64,000 nucleotides of DNA from a virus (lineage: Duplodnaviria > Heunggongvirae > Uroviricota > Caudoviricetes). A model generated the notes under the pieces. It made no database searches, was not told the origin of the DNA, and saw nothing but the letters and a program-made list of their open reading frames with translations. This document shows positions 27,364-37,413 of this stretch, piece by piece. The position numbers were made by a program, and so were the translations under genes. How positions within the stretch are numbered: the first letter of the stretch is position 1; each line of letters opens with the position of its first letter. The stretch lies in IMG/VR virus record IMGVR_UViG_3300037258_000549, positions 1 to 64,000 of that record; one strand, given 5' to 3'.

Positions 27364-27369
27364 CGCGTT

Positions 27370-27792
27370 ATGATCATCCAGATGATCTTGCAGATGTCCG
27401 GCGGCCGGTACGACGACCGCAGCTGGCCGCCACCTTGGACGGACTTTGAGGTGCCGGATGAGGAAGGCCGCGGGCTGATTGACAGCGGAGTAGCGGCCTG
27501 GGTAGCCGACCGGGCGGTTCCGGTTAAGCCCGCCCCGGTAACCAAGTCGGCCACTGAAACCGTCGCCCTGACGGCGAAAGCAGCCGGGTCGGCGACCGAG
27601 ACGACGGCACTGGCCGCGCAGCCTGCCGAGCCTGCCACCGCGGTAAAGCCAGTTACCCATGTTAACGTCCCGGTGCCCGCCGATCCGAAGGCCGCTTGGG
27701 TGGAGTACGCGGTCAGCCGGGGCGCGGCCCAGGCGGAGGCGGAAGCCATGACAAAAAGCCAGTTGCAAATCGCGTACGGTGGTCGGCTGTGA
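27370..27792 (+). CDS. Hypothetical protein (Ala/Pro-rich middle region)
   Basis: ATG start. GC3-rich. Confidence 0.45.
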   Translation: MIIQMILQMSGGRYDDRSWPPPWTDFEVPDEEGRGLIDSGVAAWVADRAVPVKPAPVTKSATETVALTAKAAGSATETTALAAQPAEPATAVKPVTHVNVPVPADPKAAWVEYAVSRGAAQAEAEAMTKSQLQIAYGGRL

Positions 27793-27870
27793 CGAGGCAG
27801 GGATTGTCGGTATGGGACGGTAAGTGAAGGTCAGGGCTGGGCAGGAGTGTCGGGATGGCCGGGTTAGCCG
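27790..27870. repeat. Mini-copy of the GTCGG repeat (2-3 units)
   Basis: GATTGTCGGTATGGGACGG ... GAGTGTCGGGATGG. Confidence 0.4.
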
Positions 27871-27954
27871 CCCTCATGTGGCGTAGATGGCTAATCGTAG
27901 CACCGGATTGCCGGTTGGCCGTTATCATCAAGTGACGAGAGAAGGCCGGTAAAA

Positions 27955-28485
27955 ATGGCTGACAATGCGAACAAAACCCAGACGACTGCTCGCCCGTACT
28001 CCGGCGTTACCGAGACCGGTGACCCGACTAACGAGCCCGGTCAGTACCCGGTCAGCGGGCAGAACAATATCTTCGGCGGCCCGTTGCCGACCGGGACCGG
28101 CGCACCCGGGACGGCGGGCGCTTACCCTGGTCCGGCGGACGCGACCAATGAGCCCGGCCAGCTCGACGACGGCTTCACCGGGTTGAGCGAAGCGCAGATT
28201 ACCGGGACCGGCGCGCCCGGCACCCAGGGCGCCCAGGATCATGACGGCGGCGGTGACGCGATCACTTACACCCAGGCTAGTGACGGCATCGGCCCGTACC
28301 AGATGGCCTCCACCTCTGATGATGTGAGCGGCTCCGGGGACTGGACCGGCGCTAACGACCAGGGGTACGCGTCCGGTGGCCCGCAGCTGCCTGGAATTAA
28401 GGGCAATGAGCCGCAGGCGGGCGGCGGCCGGTTCCAGCCGGGCTCTGGCAGCGTCATGCGAGGCGGCCGATCCGTCCGAGGCTGA
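27955..28485 (+). CDS. Gly/Pro/Thr-rich low-complexity protein
   Basis: RBS GAGAAGG then ATG. Confidence 0.5.
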   Translation: MADNANKTQTTARPYSGVTETGDPTNEPGQYPVSGQNNIFGGPLPTGTGAPGTAGAYPGPADATNEPGQLDDGFTGLSEAQITGTGAPGTQGAQDHDGGGDAITYTQASDGIGPYQMASTSDDVSGSGDWTGANDQGYASGGPQLPGIKGNEPQAGGGRFQPGSGSVMRGGRSVRG

Positions 28486-28536
28486 TCACGGTCGGCGGGA
28501 GTATCCAATCTGCACCTGAAAAGAGAAGGGCTGATC

Positions 28537-28836
28537 ATGGCAGCTCCGGCGAAGAAAGCTCCTGCTGCGAAAGCGGCTCCGGCGGCGAAAGGTACGGCCC
28601 GGCCTGCCCCGACGGTGACGATGAAGCCGCCTGCTATGCCTGCTCTCGGGCCGGGTGCGAGCAATGCGCTGGCGGCATTCACTAAAGGACAGGCCGCGCA
28701 CGGGAGCCGGCTCGACGCCCACGACGGGCGGCTAGACGGTCACGACGCCTCACTGGCCAGCCACGATGACCGGCTGACCGCGCTGGAGAAAGCGTCGGCG
28801 GGCGACCAGCCGCAGGATTCGAGTGACGGCAGCTGA
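28537..28836 (+). CDS. Ala/Lys-rich small protein
   Basis: RBS then ATG. AAPAKKAPAAKAAPAAKG N-terminus. Confidence 0.45.
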   Translation: MAAPAKKAPAAKAAPAAKGTARPAPTVTMKPPAMPALGPGASNALAAFTKGQAAHGSRLDAHDGRLDGHDASLASHDDRLTALEKASAGDQPQDSSDGS

Positions 28837-28854
28837 CCGAAGGGGTGTGGAGTC

Positions 28855-29190
28855 ATGGCTGATTTTGAGTGGACCAACAACGGCAGTTGCCGGGACGTGA
28901 CGAGTCAGGTGCTCCCAGCTGGCCCGGTCAGCGCGCTGGCCCCCACGTCACAGCACGGGGGTAACCAGATCTGGGCGAACAACGCGCATACCGCACCCGG
29001 CGGCAACTCTGGTGACCTGGGTAACGACCTGAACGAAGCCGTCGTGGTGGACGCGCCGGTTATCGAGGCGCAGCCGGTTATCAAGCCGGGGACCGACGGC
29101 AAGCCGCCCGCCCGCAGCAGCGGGAGTTATACAGCGCCGGCGCCCGCCTGGGCGAAGACGTCGGTGCCGGACGTGGTGCGGGAACAGTAA
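28855..29190 (+). CDS. Hypothetical protein
   Basis: RBS GAAGGGG then ATG. Confidence 0.45.
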   Translation: MADFEWTNNGSCRDVTSQVLPAGPVSALAPTSQHGGNQIWANNAHTAPGGNSGDLGNDLNEAVVVDAPVIEAQPVIKPGTDGKPPARSSGSYTAPAPAWAKTSVPDVVREQ

Positions 29191-29766
29191 ATGATTGTCG
29201 TCAACGGCATCGTTCCCGATTCGCCGCACATCCTGTCGGGAACTAACACCCAGCGCGGGATGACGCCTGCTTACTGGGATGCCACCGATAAGGGAAACCT
29301 CGCGGGCGCGTGGCTGTCGGTGGACACCGGGAGCGGCTCGGCGAACCGGGTGGGAGACGTGGCCGGGGATTTCGAGGACGGTCCCGGGAACTGGAGGCAG
29401 ACGTTATGCTGGTGCTCCGCCGTGAAACAGCGATGCGAACCGCGCCGAACCGACGACCCGTCTCCCCCGCTTCCTCCTATTCCACACCGACTGACTATCC
29501 AAGAGGAGTACATTATGCCTGACGTTCCTAGTCCTATTACCTCTCCGCCACGGGTTCCCGGCCAGCCTTATAATGCGGCTGCGCCCGGCGCCGCTGAAGG
29601 TCAGACCGCGCCACTGACTATTTACGATGCTGCTGGTGGTTCGGGTAGCGGCAGCCCGTGGCAGAAGATCCAGGACGGCGGCTCGTGCAGCGCTGAAGGC
29701 CTGGCGGTCGCCGGCGGCTGGCCTGACAACAGTGCCTCTAGTGATGGCGGCTGGCAGCAGACGTAA
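29191..29766 (+). CDS. Hypothetical protein; possible separate product from an internal start at ~29515
   Basis: TAAATG overlap start. A strong internal RBS AGGAG precedes ATG 29515. GC3 drops between ~29400 and 29510. Confidence 0.4.
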   Translation: MIVVNGIVPDSPHILSGTNTQRGMTPAYWDATDKGNLAGAWLSVDTGSGSANRVGDVAGDFEDGPGNWRQTLCWCSAVKQRCEPRRTDDPSPPLPPIPHRLTIQEEYIMPDVPSPITSPPRVPGQPYNAAAPGAAEGQTAPLTIYDAAGGSGSGSPWQKIQDGGSCSAEGLAVAGGWPDNSASSDGGWQQT

Positions 29767-29830
29767 GTGAGCGATATCGCTGACGGGCGATAACGGTGCT
29801 TACTCGAAAAAGCCTGCTAAAGTCTAGGGT

Positions 29831-30526
29831 ATGAGCCTGGCCGTCCTAGTCCCGAGCAAGGGGCGCCCGCTGAATGCCGGGCGGCTGGCTCATGCCGTCC
29901 GCGCGACACACGGCGCGCAGTTCGCGAGCTTGACTTTCGCCCTTGATCATGACGAGCGGTCTTTCACTGACTACCTGATTCAGGTCCCGTCGTTGCCCGG
30001 TTACCATGTCGAGATGGTAGCGGCCCGGCCGCAGCGCATTGGTCCGATTCTTAACGTATTGGCCCCACCCCTGGCCCGGCACTATACGCATGTTGGTTTC
30101 ATGGGTGATGACCACCTGCCGCGTAGTCCCGGGTGGGATGAGCAGCTGGTTGATGCCCTCGGTGGCCGGCCGGGCGTTGCCTACGGGAACGACCTGGTTA
30201 AAGGCGAGACCATCCCGACGGCTGCGGTTATCTCCGCCGATATCGTTATGGCTCTCGGGTACTTGGTTCCGCCTAGACTAGAGCACTTGTATTTTGATGA
30301 TTTCTGGAAGGCCCTCGGGCAGGCGGTCGGTAACCTGGCCTACCTTCCGGGCGTAACGATTGAGCACTTGCACCCGATAGCGGGCACGGCTGACTGGGAC
30401 GACGGCTACCGGCGGGCTAACGACCCGGGACAGTTTGCCCGGGACAAGGCAGCGTACGACGAGTTCTTGAACGAGCAGTGGCCGGGTGACCTGGCCCGGT
30501 TGCGCCGGGAGCTGGGCAGTGACTGA
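29831..30526 (+). CDS. Glycosyltransferase (GT-A fold)
   Basis: VLVPSKGRP N-terminus and GDDH (DxD). Confidence 0.6.
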   Translation: MSLAVLVPSKGRPLNAGRLAHAVRATHGAQFASLTFALDHDERSFTDYLIQVPSLPGYHVEMVAARPQRIGPILNVLAPPLARHYTHVGFMGDDHLPRSPGWDEQLVDALGGRPGVAYGNDLVKGETIPTAAVISADIVMALGYLVPPRLEHLYFDDFWKALGQAVGNLAYLPGVTIEHLHPIAGTADWDDGYRRANDPGQFARDKAAYDEFLNEQWPGDLARLRRELGSD

Positions 30527-31109
30527 GTGGAAGCTGTTCGACGGCGACACCGCTTACGTTTCCACTTCGGAGTTTCACGCCGGCCGCGAGCGCGCTCCGC
30601 ATCTGGAGCAGCCCGGTCATCGTGACCGGTTGCACGCGGCGGCTGGCCTGGTCCGGTCTTGTGCTGCGCCGCAGCGAAGGTACGCTGACCTCGGCTGCGG
30701 TGACGGCGGCCTGCTCTCCTTGTGCCAGCACGTGTTTGAGCGGGCGTGGGGTTACGATTTCCAGCCGTCTAACGCGCCCGGCTGGGCGGAACGCGGAGTT
30801 ACCGCTGAGCAGCTAGACGTATTCGGGAAAGACTGGAACCGGGTTAACCTCGGCCATGTTGTTTCCTGTACTGAAGTGCTGGAGCACTTGACTGACCCGC
30901 ACGGGGCCTTGAGGCAAGTGCACAGCACCTGGCCCGTTGAGTACCTAGTCTGCTCTAGCCCGGTCAACGAGCATGCAGGTGCGCATGATGAATGTCACGC
31001 CTGGGCCTGGGATTATGACGGGTACGAGCAGTTGGTTACCGGGGCCGGGTTCCGGCTGATTGAGCACGTGCTGACCGGTTCTTACCAGTTGATCCGGGCG
31101 GTCGCATGA
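30519..31109 (+). CDS. SAM-dependent methyltransferase
   Basis: GTG overlap start. Motif I DLGCGDGG. Confidence 0.6.
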   Translation: MTEWKLFDGDTAYVSTSEFHAGRERAPHLEQPGHRDRLHAAAGLVRSCAAPQRRYADLGCGDGGLLSLCQHVFERAWGYDFQPSNAPGWAERGVTAEQLDVFGKDWNRVNLGHVVSCTEVLEHLTDPHGALRQVHSTWPVEYLVCSSPVNEHAGAHDECHAWAWDYDGYEQLVTGAGFRLIEHVLTGSYQLIRAVA

Positions 31110-31600
31110 TTGTATTCGATCTGGATGGCTGCCTGATTGACTCCGAGAAGATGATTCGGGCGTCCTACCGTGAAGCAGGTGTCGAGCCTCCGGGTAATTT
31201 TCTCTCGCTTGGTCATCATGACTGGATCGATGAAAACCGGGAGATGGTTCATGCGCGGAAGAACGCCGTGTACTTGCAGCGGCTTACCGAAGGGTGGTTT
31301 CGGCCGCTCCCGCCTTGGCGAACGGCTGAGATGCTGCATAAAGAAAGGCACGCGGTAGCATTGCTAACCATGGCGCCGGAGGGAGCAGTCCGGGTACTGG
31401 CGGAGTATGGTGCGCGGTCGTGGCCGTTTACGGCTGCCCGGTCTGTTTCTAGTTTGGTAGCAAAAACGGCCTGGCTGCGAGATTTTTCCGGCGGCGTGTA
31501 CGTCGATGACCAGCAGCACGTGACGATGCCGACGGGATGGCGGTTCGTGCACTGGACCGGGCAGGATGCCGACCAGTTGTACGCGCAGGTTACCCGGTGA
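31106..31600 (+). CDS. HAD-superfamily hydrolase/phosphatase
   Basis: ATGA overlap start. Motif I IVFDLDGCLIDSE. Confidence 0.6.
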   Translation: MIVFDLDGCLIDSEKMIRASYREAGVEPPGNFLSLGHHDWIDENREMVHARKNAVYLQRLTEGWFRPLPPWRTAEMLHKERHAVALLTMAPEGAVRVLAEYGARSWPFTAARSVSSLVAKTAWLRDFSGGVYVDDQQHVTMPTGWRFVHWTGQDADQLYAQVTR

Positions 31601-32478
31601 TACTGTGCGCGGGCGCAGCGTCGCAGCGCGTCGTCGAGGAGGCTGCCCGGCTGCGCGTGCACCAGGTGGTTGCGTCCCGGCGGCAAGTTGGCGAGACAGT
31701 GCCCGGCTACACCGGCTACACCAGTGAGACCCTCGTCGAGGCAGTGCACCGGCTGAGCGGCGGCACCACCCGGGTTGTACGTGACCACGGTGGTCCGTAC
31801 CAGAACGGTGACCCGGGTGACAACTGGACAGCCGCACTCGACGCTGATGCAGGTGCCGGGCTCGACGTGCTGCACCTGGACGTCTGTTACTTGCCCTATG
31901 ATGATCAGCCTGCCGAACTGATCCGGCTCTGCCGACGGTACCGGGATAAAGCTGTCATTGAGGTCGGCGGTGAGCGTGACACGCAGTCACGGCTGGACAT
32001 GCTGCTGGAAACCGCGCTGACCGTGTGCCAGCCGTCGGCAGCAGTCGCTGACTTCGGCGGTCATATCTGGGCTGACCGGCAGCATGGCCGGCTAATCAGT
32101 CAAGACCGGGCGGAAGAGGTTGTGGCAGCGTATGCCGTTCGGCAGGTAGCCGCCAAAGCGCATAATTTCGACTGGCTGGGTCAGCGGCGTTCTTATGGTT
32201 TGAATAGCCTTTATAATGTGGCGCCGGAATTCGGTAACGTGGAGATTGACGCCTGGCTCCACGTACTGTTTCACGCTGACGGGCAGTACCTGCTGAAATT
32301 CGCCTACGGGACGGGGTCGTGGCAGCGCTGGTTCAGTAAGGATGAAGGGACTTGGTTGGAGCGTGCTCGCGCAGCCCTCCGTTACCATCTTCATACACGA
32401 GAGGTCCGTCACGTCCTTGCCCGGTACGACGACAGCTACGTGCGGGAGGTGATCAGGGATGCCATCCGGCGTGGCTGA
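31597..32478 (+). CDS. Hypothetical enzyme in the sugar cassette
   Basis: GTGA overlap start. 293 aa, GC3-rich. Confidence 0.5.
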   Translation: MILCAGAASQRVVEEAARLRVHQVVASRRQVGETVPGYTGYTSETLVEAVHRLSGGTTRVVRDHGGPYQNGDPGDNWTAALDADAGAGLDVLHLDVCYLPYDDQPAELIRLCRRYRDKAVIEVGGERDTQSRLDMLLETALTVCQPSAAVADFGGHIWADRQHGRLISQDRAEEVVAAYAVRQVAAKAHNFDWLGQRRSYGLNSLYNVAPEFGNVEIDAWLHVLFHADGQYLLKFAYGTGSWQRWFSKDEGTWLERARAALRYHLHTREVRHVLARYDDSYVREVIRDAIRRG

Positions 32479-32827
32479 CTTGCTCGATGAGCTGCTAGCC
32501 CACACGCGGACCGACGTGCGCCCGTGGGGGTTCATGCGCTGCCTTGACGCGCCAGGCGGTAACCTTACCGTTAAGTACCTGGTTGTTCTTGAAGGTCAGC
32601 GGACTTCGCTGCAGCGGCATGACCGCAAAGACGAACTGCTGTTCATCCTTGACGGAGCTGGCCAGGTGGAAGCTGGCGGTATCAGTCATCAAGGTCTCGG
32701 GTGCGGGGTACGAGTGCCGCCAGGGACCGCTCACCGGGTCACCGGGCCGCTCGCCTACCTGGAAGTGTCGTCCTACGACGACAATACAGATACGGTCCGT
32801 TTTACTGATGACTACGGTCGCGCGTAG
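32459..32827 (+). CDS. Cupin-domain protein
   Basis: RPWGF...SLQRH...VPPGTAHR cupin motifs. Confidence 0.5.
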   Translation: MPSGVADLLDELLAHTRTDVRPWGFMRCLDAPGGNLTVKYLVVLEGQRTSLQRHDRKDELLFILDGAGQVEAGGISHQGLGCGVRVPPGTAHRVTGPLAYLEVSSYDDNTDTVRFTDDYGRA

Positions 32828-32851
32828 TGCTGAACGAGGAGGGTAGCCACC

Positions 32852-33616
32852 ATGCCATTGCCTGACCTGCCATTGTTCAGCTCGCATAATGTTGTGCTGC
32901 CGAACGGCAGGCTAACCGCCCCGGGTCTGCCTCTAGTATCTGATTCGTATGCCTGTCGTGCTGCACTGCGCGCGCTGGATCAGGTGTTCGGGGATGCCCG
33001 CGAGGGAGTTACCGTTGCTGATCTCGGCTCTCTAGAGGGTGGTTATGCCGCTGCGTTCGCCCGTGCCGGGTACGACGTAACTGGTTTTGAGGCAAGGCAG
33101 GAAAATCACGACAATGCGGTATGGCTTCAGGAGGCCCTGGGACTGCCGAACCTTCGCTTCGTCCAGGGTGACGCCCGCGAGCTACTAGAGGGCAGGCAGT
33201 TCGACGTAGTGTTCTGTTCCGGGCTGCTCTACCATCTCGACAAGCCAGTAGCTTTTCTGAAACTGCTTGGCCAGGTGACCCGGCGCATGCTCGTCTTGAA
33301 TACTAACGTCTCGCAGCCGGGCACGGGTCACCCGGAAACGGCGCACCATCCGGGCAGCGGGTGTGATTATGGCGCTTATGAAAACGAGGGACGTCAGGGG
33401 CACTGGTACCGCGAGAGTGTTACCCGCTGGGACAGTTACGGCAATTCGCTGTCGTTCTGGCTGCGTAGGGACGACCTCATGGACAGCCTCCGAGAAGACG
33501 CCGGGTTTGCCACGGTGACTGAAATACCCGACTGGCGTGACGGCTCTCTCAAGGATCATGTTCCGGGAGGTGCCGGGCCTTTCGCTGACCGGCGCATGTT
33601 CACGGCGCTCAAGTGA
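32852..33616 (+). CDS. Class I SAM-dependent methyltransferase
   Basis: RBS GAGGAGGG then ATG. VADLGSLEGG motif I. Confidence 0.6.
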   Translation: MPLPDLPLFSSHNVVLPNGRLTAPGLPLVSDSYACRAALRALDQVFGDAREGVTVADLGSLEGGYAAAFARAGYDVTGFEARQENHDNAVWLQEALGLPNLRFVQGDARELLEGRQFDVVFCSGLLYHLDKPVAFLKLLGQVTRRMLVLNTNVSQPGTGHPETAHHPGSGCDYGAYENEGRQGHWYRESVTRWDSYGNSLSFWLRRDDLMDSLREDAGFATVTEIPDWRDGSLKDHVPGGAGPFADRRMFTALK

Positions 33617-35109
33617 CCGCCTTCGTCATCCTCGCCGCCGGCCCCGGCACCCGGATGGGCCGGCCGGGCGATACGCTGCACAAGGCGCTAGTGCCATTGG
33701 GTAGCCAAGCGGTTATCTCGCGCCAAATCGGCCTCGCGCCGCCGGGCGCCCGGGTCATCGTGTGCACCGGCAGCCGGGCGCAGCAGGTCCGCGGCTACCT
33801 GGAGCTTGCCCATCCGGACCTGCCGGTGACGTTCGTGAACGTACCGGACTGGGACCAGCCGGAGAACGGGCCGGGAGCGTCGCTGCTGGCCGCGCGGGAT
33901 GCGATCAATGGCGACGACCTGGTTTTCACCGCATGCGACACGCTATGGCGGGCAGATGAGTCGCTGTGGAAGGCGGATGCGTCCTGGTCTGCCGTCGCGC
34001 CCGTCCCGGCGGGTACCCCTTTGGCGCGCTGGTGCCGGATCGGCGTTTTTGACGGCGACCGGGCCTGGGGGATTCTCGACAAGATCCCGGATTACGCCGG
34101 GGCAGGCGACGCGTACACCGGACTGTCTATGATCCTGCGGGGCGACCTAGGCGTCTTCTGGGCAGGCATCGAGAACTCGGGCCTGTCAGGCGGCGAGAAG
34201 CGAGACGTGGCGGGCCTGGCCGCGCTGACCATGAACGGCGCCCTGGCTGTACGGCGTATCACCTGGACGGACACCGGAGACGAGGCCGCCTACCAGCGCG
34301 CGGTCGCTGCCTGGTCTGGCTACGACTGGTCCAAGCCCGATGAGGTGACCTACGTGCTGCCCGAGCAGGGCCGCGTCGTCAAATTCCGGGCAGACCAGGG
34401 GTCAGTCACACGGCGCGTGCAGCGGCAGGCGACGATCGCTGCCGCGGTCCCAGTGCTGACAGGCACGCGTCCGGGCCTGTTTGCTTACGAGTACGTATCG
34501 GGGGTGACCGGTTACACTGCCGCTGAGAGCGATCCGGAGCTGGTGCCGCGGCTGCTGGACTGGGCGCAGGCGAACCTGTGGCGTCCCGTGTCGTTCGCAG
34601 ACGACCTCACGCGTACGTGTGACCTGTTCTACCGGGTCAAGACCACCGCTCGCACCGGGCAGCTCCGACCGGGGCTCCAGCCGGCTGCCTGGGATGCGGC
34701 CAGCCATGTTGACTGGGACAAGCTAGTACGAGGCTGCGTACCGGTTACTTTTCACGGCGACTTCAATCTCGGCAACGTGATCGTGATGCCGGACGGTGGA
34801 TTCCGCGGCATCGACTGGCGCGAAGACTTCGGCGGCAATACCACTTGGGGTGACCTGCGCTACGACCTTGGCAAGCTAGCCGCGGGGCTGATCGTGCACT
34901 GGGAAAACGCCCAGCGCGGTGACTTCCGCCCCTGGGAAGCCGGAAAGCAGCACCTGGCCAGGCTGGCAGACTGGTTGGGCGGGACGATTCCGCATGACGT
35001 GATGCTGATCGCGGCTTTGTCGCTGCTGAACTGCGCCCCGTTGCATGCCGCGCCGCTCGACGAGATACTGGTGGTCCGCGCTATCGCACTCCTAGAGGAA
35101 CTAGCTTGA
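33613..35109 (+). CDS. Bifunctional nucleotidyltransferase (N-terminal) and APH/choline-kinase-like kinase (C-terminal)
   Basis: FVILAAGPGTRMG (sugar-phosphate nucleotidyltransferase G-loop). C-terminal HGDFNLGNVIVMPDGGFRGIDWRE kinase motif. Confidence 0.6.
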   Translation: MTAFVILAAGPGTRMGRPGDTLHKALVPLGSQAVISRQIGLAPPGARVIVCTGSRAQQVRGYLELAHPDLPVTFVNVPDWDQPENGPGASLLAARDAINGDDLVFTACDTLWRADESLWKADASWSAVAPVPAGTPLARWCRIGVFDGDRAWGILDKIPDYAGAGDAYTGLSMILRGDLGVFWAGIENSGLSGGEKRDVAGLAALTMNGALAVRRITWTDTGDEAAYQRAVAAWSGYDWSKPDEVTYVLPEQGRVVKFRADQGSVTRRVQRQATIAAAVPVLTGTRPGLFAYEYVSGVTGYTAAESDPELVPRLLDWAQANLWRPVSFADDLTRTCDLFYRVKTTARTGQLRPGLQPAAWDAASHVDWDKLVRGCVPVTFHGDFNLGNVIVMPDGGFRGIDWREDFGGNTTWGDLRYDLGKLAAGLIVHWENAQRGDFRPWEAGKQHLARLADWLGGTIPHDVMLIAALSLLNCAPLHAAPLDEILVVRAIALLEELA

Positions 35110-35876
35110 AACCCGGTGACGTATCTTTGTGGATTGTCAGCTTTCGGCGGCTGGAGGCATTGCACCGCACGGTCAGCGACTGGCTCGGATCGTTTCCGTT
35201 TGAGGCGGTCAACATTATCGCTAATGACCCGGACGTCAGTTACGAGCTGGTTGAGACCGCCTTCCCGCAGGTGAAAGTCTGGCGTAATATTTTCCGGTCG
35301 CCCTGGGAAACGGGGAGCATTGCCTGGTGCTGGAACCAGTGCATGCGGCATACCTTTGAAACACGCCAATGGTGCCTAATGTCGCAGGATGATGTAGCTG
35401 TAACGCCTGGCTGGCCTGAGCTGGTCACCGGTGATCACTGGATGTACGTTGCACCGGTCGGGGACACGATCCAGCTGCAGTCGCTGGCGGGATTTAATGT
35501 CGTCGGCTGGTTCGACGAGCGGTTCCGCGCCATCGGCGGGCCGGAGAATGACTACCTGCTCCGCGCTTTGCAGGTCTGCCCGGACCAGCTGTCGGTGCAC
35601 GACGAGCATGTCTGGCAGCTGCGGCATAACGACGTTGGGCTGGCTGACTACTGGCACGGAGTGCCGAAAGACGGCGAGGTGGGCGCGACGCGGGCGAGCT
35701 TTAACGCTCCGTTCGCTGACGCTGAGTGCTTCGCCCGGTGGACGCAGAAATGGGGTACCCCCGTGGACGACTTGTTTAACGGGCATCATTACGATATAAT
35801 GCGCCAGCCGGGCTGGGACGAGATCGACTGGTACCCGTCGTTCACCCGGCGGCTAGCGGAATTGGGGCGACGGTGA
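35106..35876 (+). CDS. Putative glycosyltransferase
   Basis: TTGA overlap start. SQDD motif. Position in the cassette. Confidence 0.4.
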   Translation: MKPGDVSLWIVSFRRLEALHRTVSDWLGSFPFEAVNIIANDPDVSYELVETAFPQVKVWRNIFRSPWETGSIAWCWNQCMRHTFETRQWCLMSQDDVAVTPGWPELVTGDHWMYVAPVGDTIQLQSLAGFNVVGWFDERFRAIGGPENDYLLRALQVCPDQLSVHDEHVWQLRHNDVGLADYWHGVPKDGEVGATRASFNAPFADAECFARWTQKWGTPVDDLFNGHHYDIMRQPGWDEIDWYPSFTRRLAELGRR

Positions 35877-36778
35877 AAACGGCACTAGTTACCGGCCACC
35901 TAGGGTTCGCCGGGCGCCACTACAAGGCCGAGCTAGAAGTCCGCGGGTGGAAAGTAGACGGTATCGATCTAGGTAGCCCGCTCGGTGGTGACGCGCGCCG
36001 GTTCTTCCTGAGCAATGATTCACGCGGCTACGACCTCGTCGTTAACTGCGCAGCTGTCGTCGGCGGCCGGGAGGTCATTGATGGTGCGCCGCTTGCGCTG
36101 GCTGCCAACCTGGAGCTGGACGCAGGGTTTTTCCAGTGGGCAGCGCGCGTTAAGCCGGGCCGTATCGTCTACCTTTCTTCTTCAGCGGTTTACCCGGTAC
36201 ACCGGCAGCAGCTGCGTGACCACCGTAAGCTCGTCGAGAGCGACGTTGACCCGATGCTGGCCGGGGATACCGTCGGCATTCCCGATCAGTTGTACGGCTG
36301 GGCAAAACTCACCGGTGAGCACCTGGCCGTGCGCGCGCGCGCCGCGGGGTTGAGCGTTACAGTCGTCCGGCCGTTTTCTGGCTACGGCAGCGACCAAGAT
36401 AAAAGCTACCCGTTTCGCGCGTTCACTGAGCGCGCTAAGGCCCGCGAGGACCCGTTCGAGATCTGGGGCAGCGGCCAGCAGGTGCGCGACTTCATTCATA
36501 TTGACGACATCGTTGCCGCTACCCTACTCATGGTTCACGAAGACCGTGACGGGCCGGTGAACCTCGGCACCGGGCGCGCGGTGTCGATGAGTGCGCTGGC
36601 CCGGATGTTCTGCGCGGCTGCCGGGTACAGTCCGTTTATCCTGCCGCGCCGGGACGCACCGACCGGAGTCAGCTACCGGGTGGCCGACTCGACGGCACTT
36701 ACGGAGTTCTACCAGCCCCGGGTTCTCCTGGAAGACGGTATCCGGCGGGCGTTGCAGGAGCGCATCGGTGCCCGGTAG
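35873..36778 (+). CDS. NAD-dependent epimerase/dehydratase (SDR)
   Basis: GTGA overlap start. ALVTGHLGFAGRH (GxxGxxG) and YGWAK (YxxxK). Confidence 0.7.
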   Translation: MKTALVTGHLGFAGRHYKAELEVRGWKVDGIDLGSPLGGDARRFFLSNDSRGYDLVVNCAAVVGGREVIDGAPLALAANLELDAGFFQWAARVKPGRIVYLSSSAVYPVHRQQLRDHRKLVESDVDPMLAGDTVGIPDQLYGWAKLTGEHLAVRARAAGLSVTVVRPFSGYGSDQDKSYPFRAFTERAKAREDPFEIWGSGQQVRDFIHIDDIVAATLLMVHEDRDGPVNLGTGRAVSMSALARMFCAAAGYSPFILPRRDAPTGVSYRVADSTALTEFYQPRVLLEDGIRRALQERIGAR

Positions 36779-37406
36779 TCAGGACCTGCCGGTCCGGCAT
36801 TACTATCACATCTACGCGGACGGTGCCTGGCCTGCGCCGGTGCGTGAGCACTTTCGGTCCCTAGGCCGGTACGCGCTAGCGACAGATATGACGGTTGGTA
36901 TAGTCGGGGCACCCGGAGACCGGGAGAAGGTCCGGGAGATGATTACCTTGCGTGCGCGCAGCCAGGCGCTCCCGGTTCCGGTGCACTGGGTGGAGGCGGA
37001 TCACGGCTGGGAGCAGCTAACCCTCCAGCAAGTCTACGATGACGTGCACCAGGCTCCGGGTGACTACGCCGTTTTTTACGCGCACACGAAAGGTGCTTTC
37101 GTAGACTCGGAGTTTAACGCTTACTGGCGCTGGTCGATCACCCGGGAACTGGTCGGGGAGTGGCGGCGCTGCACGGTGCTGCTTGCTGACCATGACATGG
37201 TGGGCTGCCACTGGATTAAGGCGCCAGAACAGGGTCACCCTAGCCGGCCGATGATCTTCGCCGGTAATTTCTGGTGGGCGACGGCGGCGTACCTGCGCCA
37301 GCTGCCACCACCGGGCAATGAAACCCGGTATGCTGCCGAAGACTGGGTAGCCCAGGGTAACCCAAAGGTTTATGATATGTTGCCCGGTTTCCCGGAGTAC
37401 TCGTAA
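36768..37406 (+). CDS. Hypothetical protein, paralog of the 16926 gene
   Basis: GTG start overlapping the epimerase stop. Shares the RHYYHIY-DG, YAHTKGA, HDMVGCHW and AGNFWWA motifs. Confidence 0.5.
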   Translation: MPGSQDLPVRHYYHIYADGAWPAPVREHFRSLGRYALATDMTVGIVGAPGDREKVREMITLRARSQALPVPVHWVEADHGWEQLTLQQVYDDVHQAPGDYAVFYAHTKGAFVDSEFNAYWRWSITRELVGEWRRCTVLLADHDMVGCHWIKAPEQGHPSRPMIFAGNFWWATAAYLRQLPPPGNETRYAAEDWVAQGNPKVYDMLPGFPEYS

Positions 37407-37413
37407 AAGGGGA

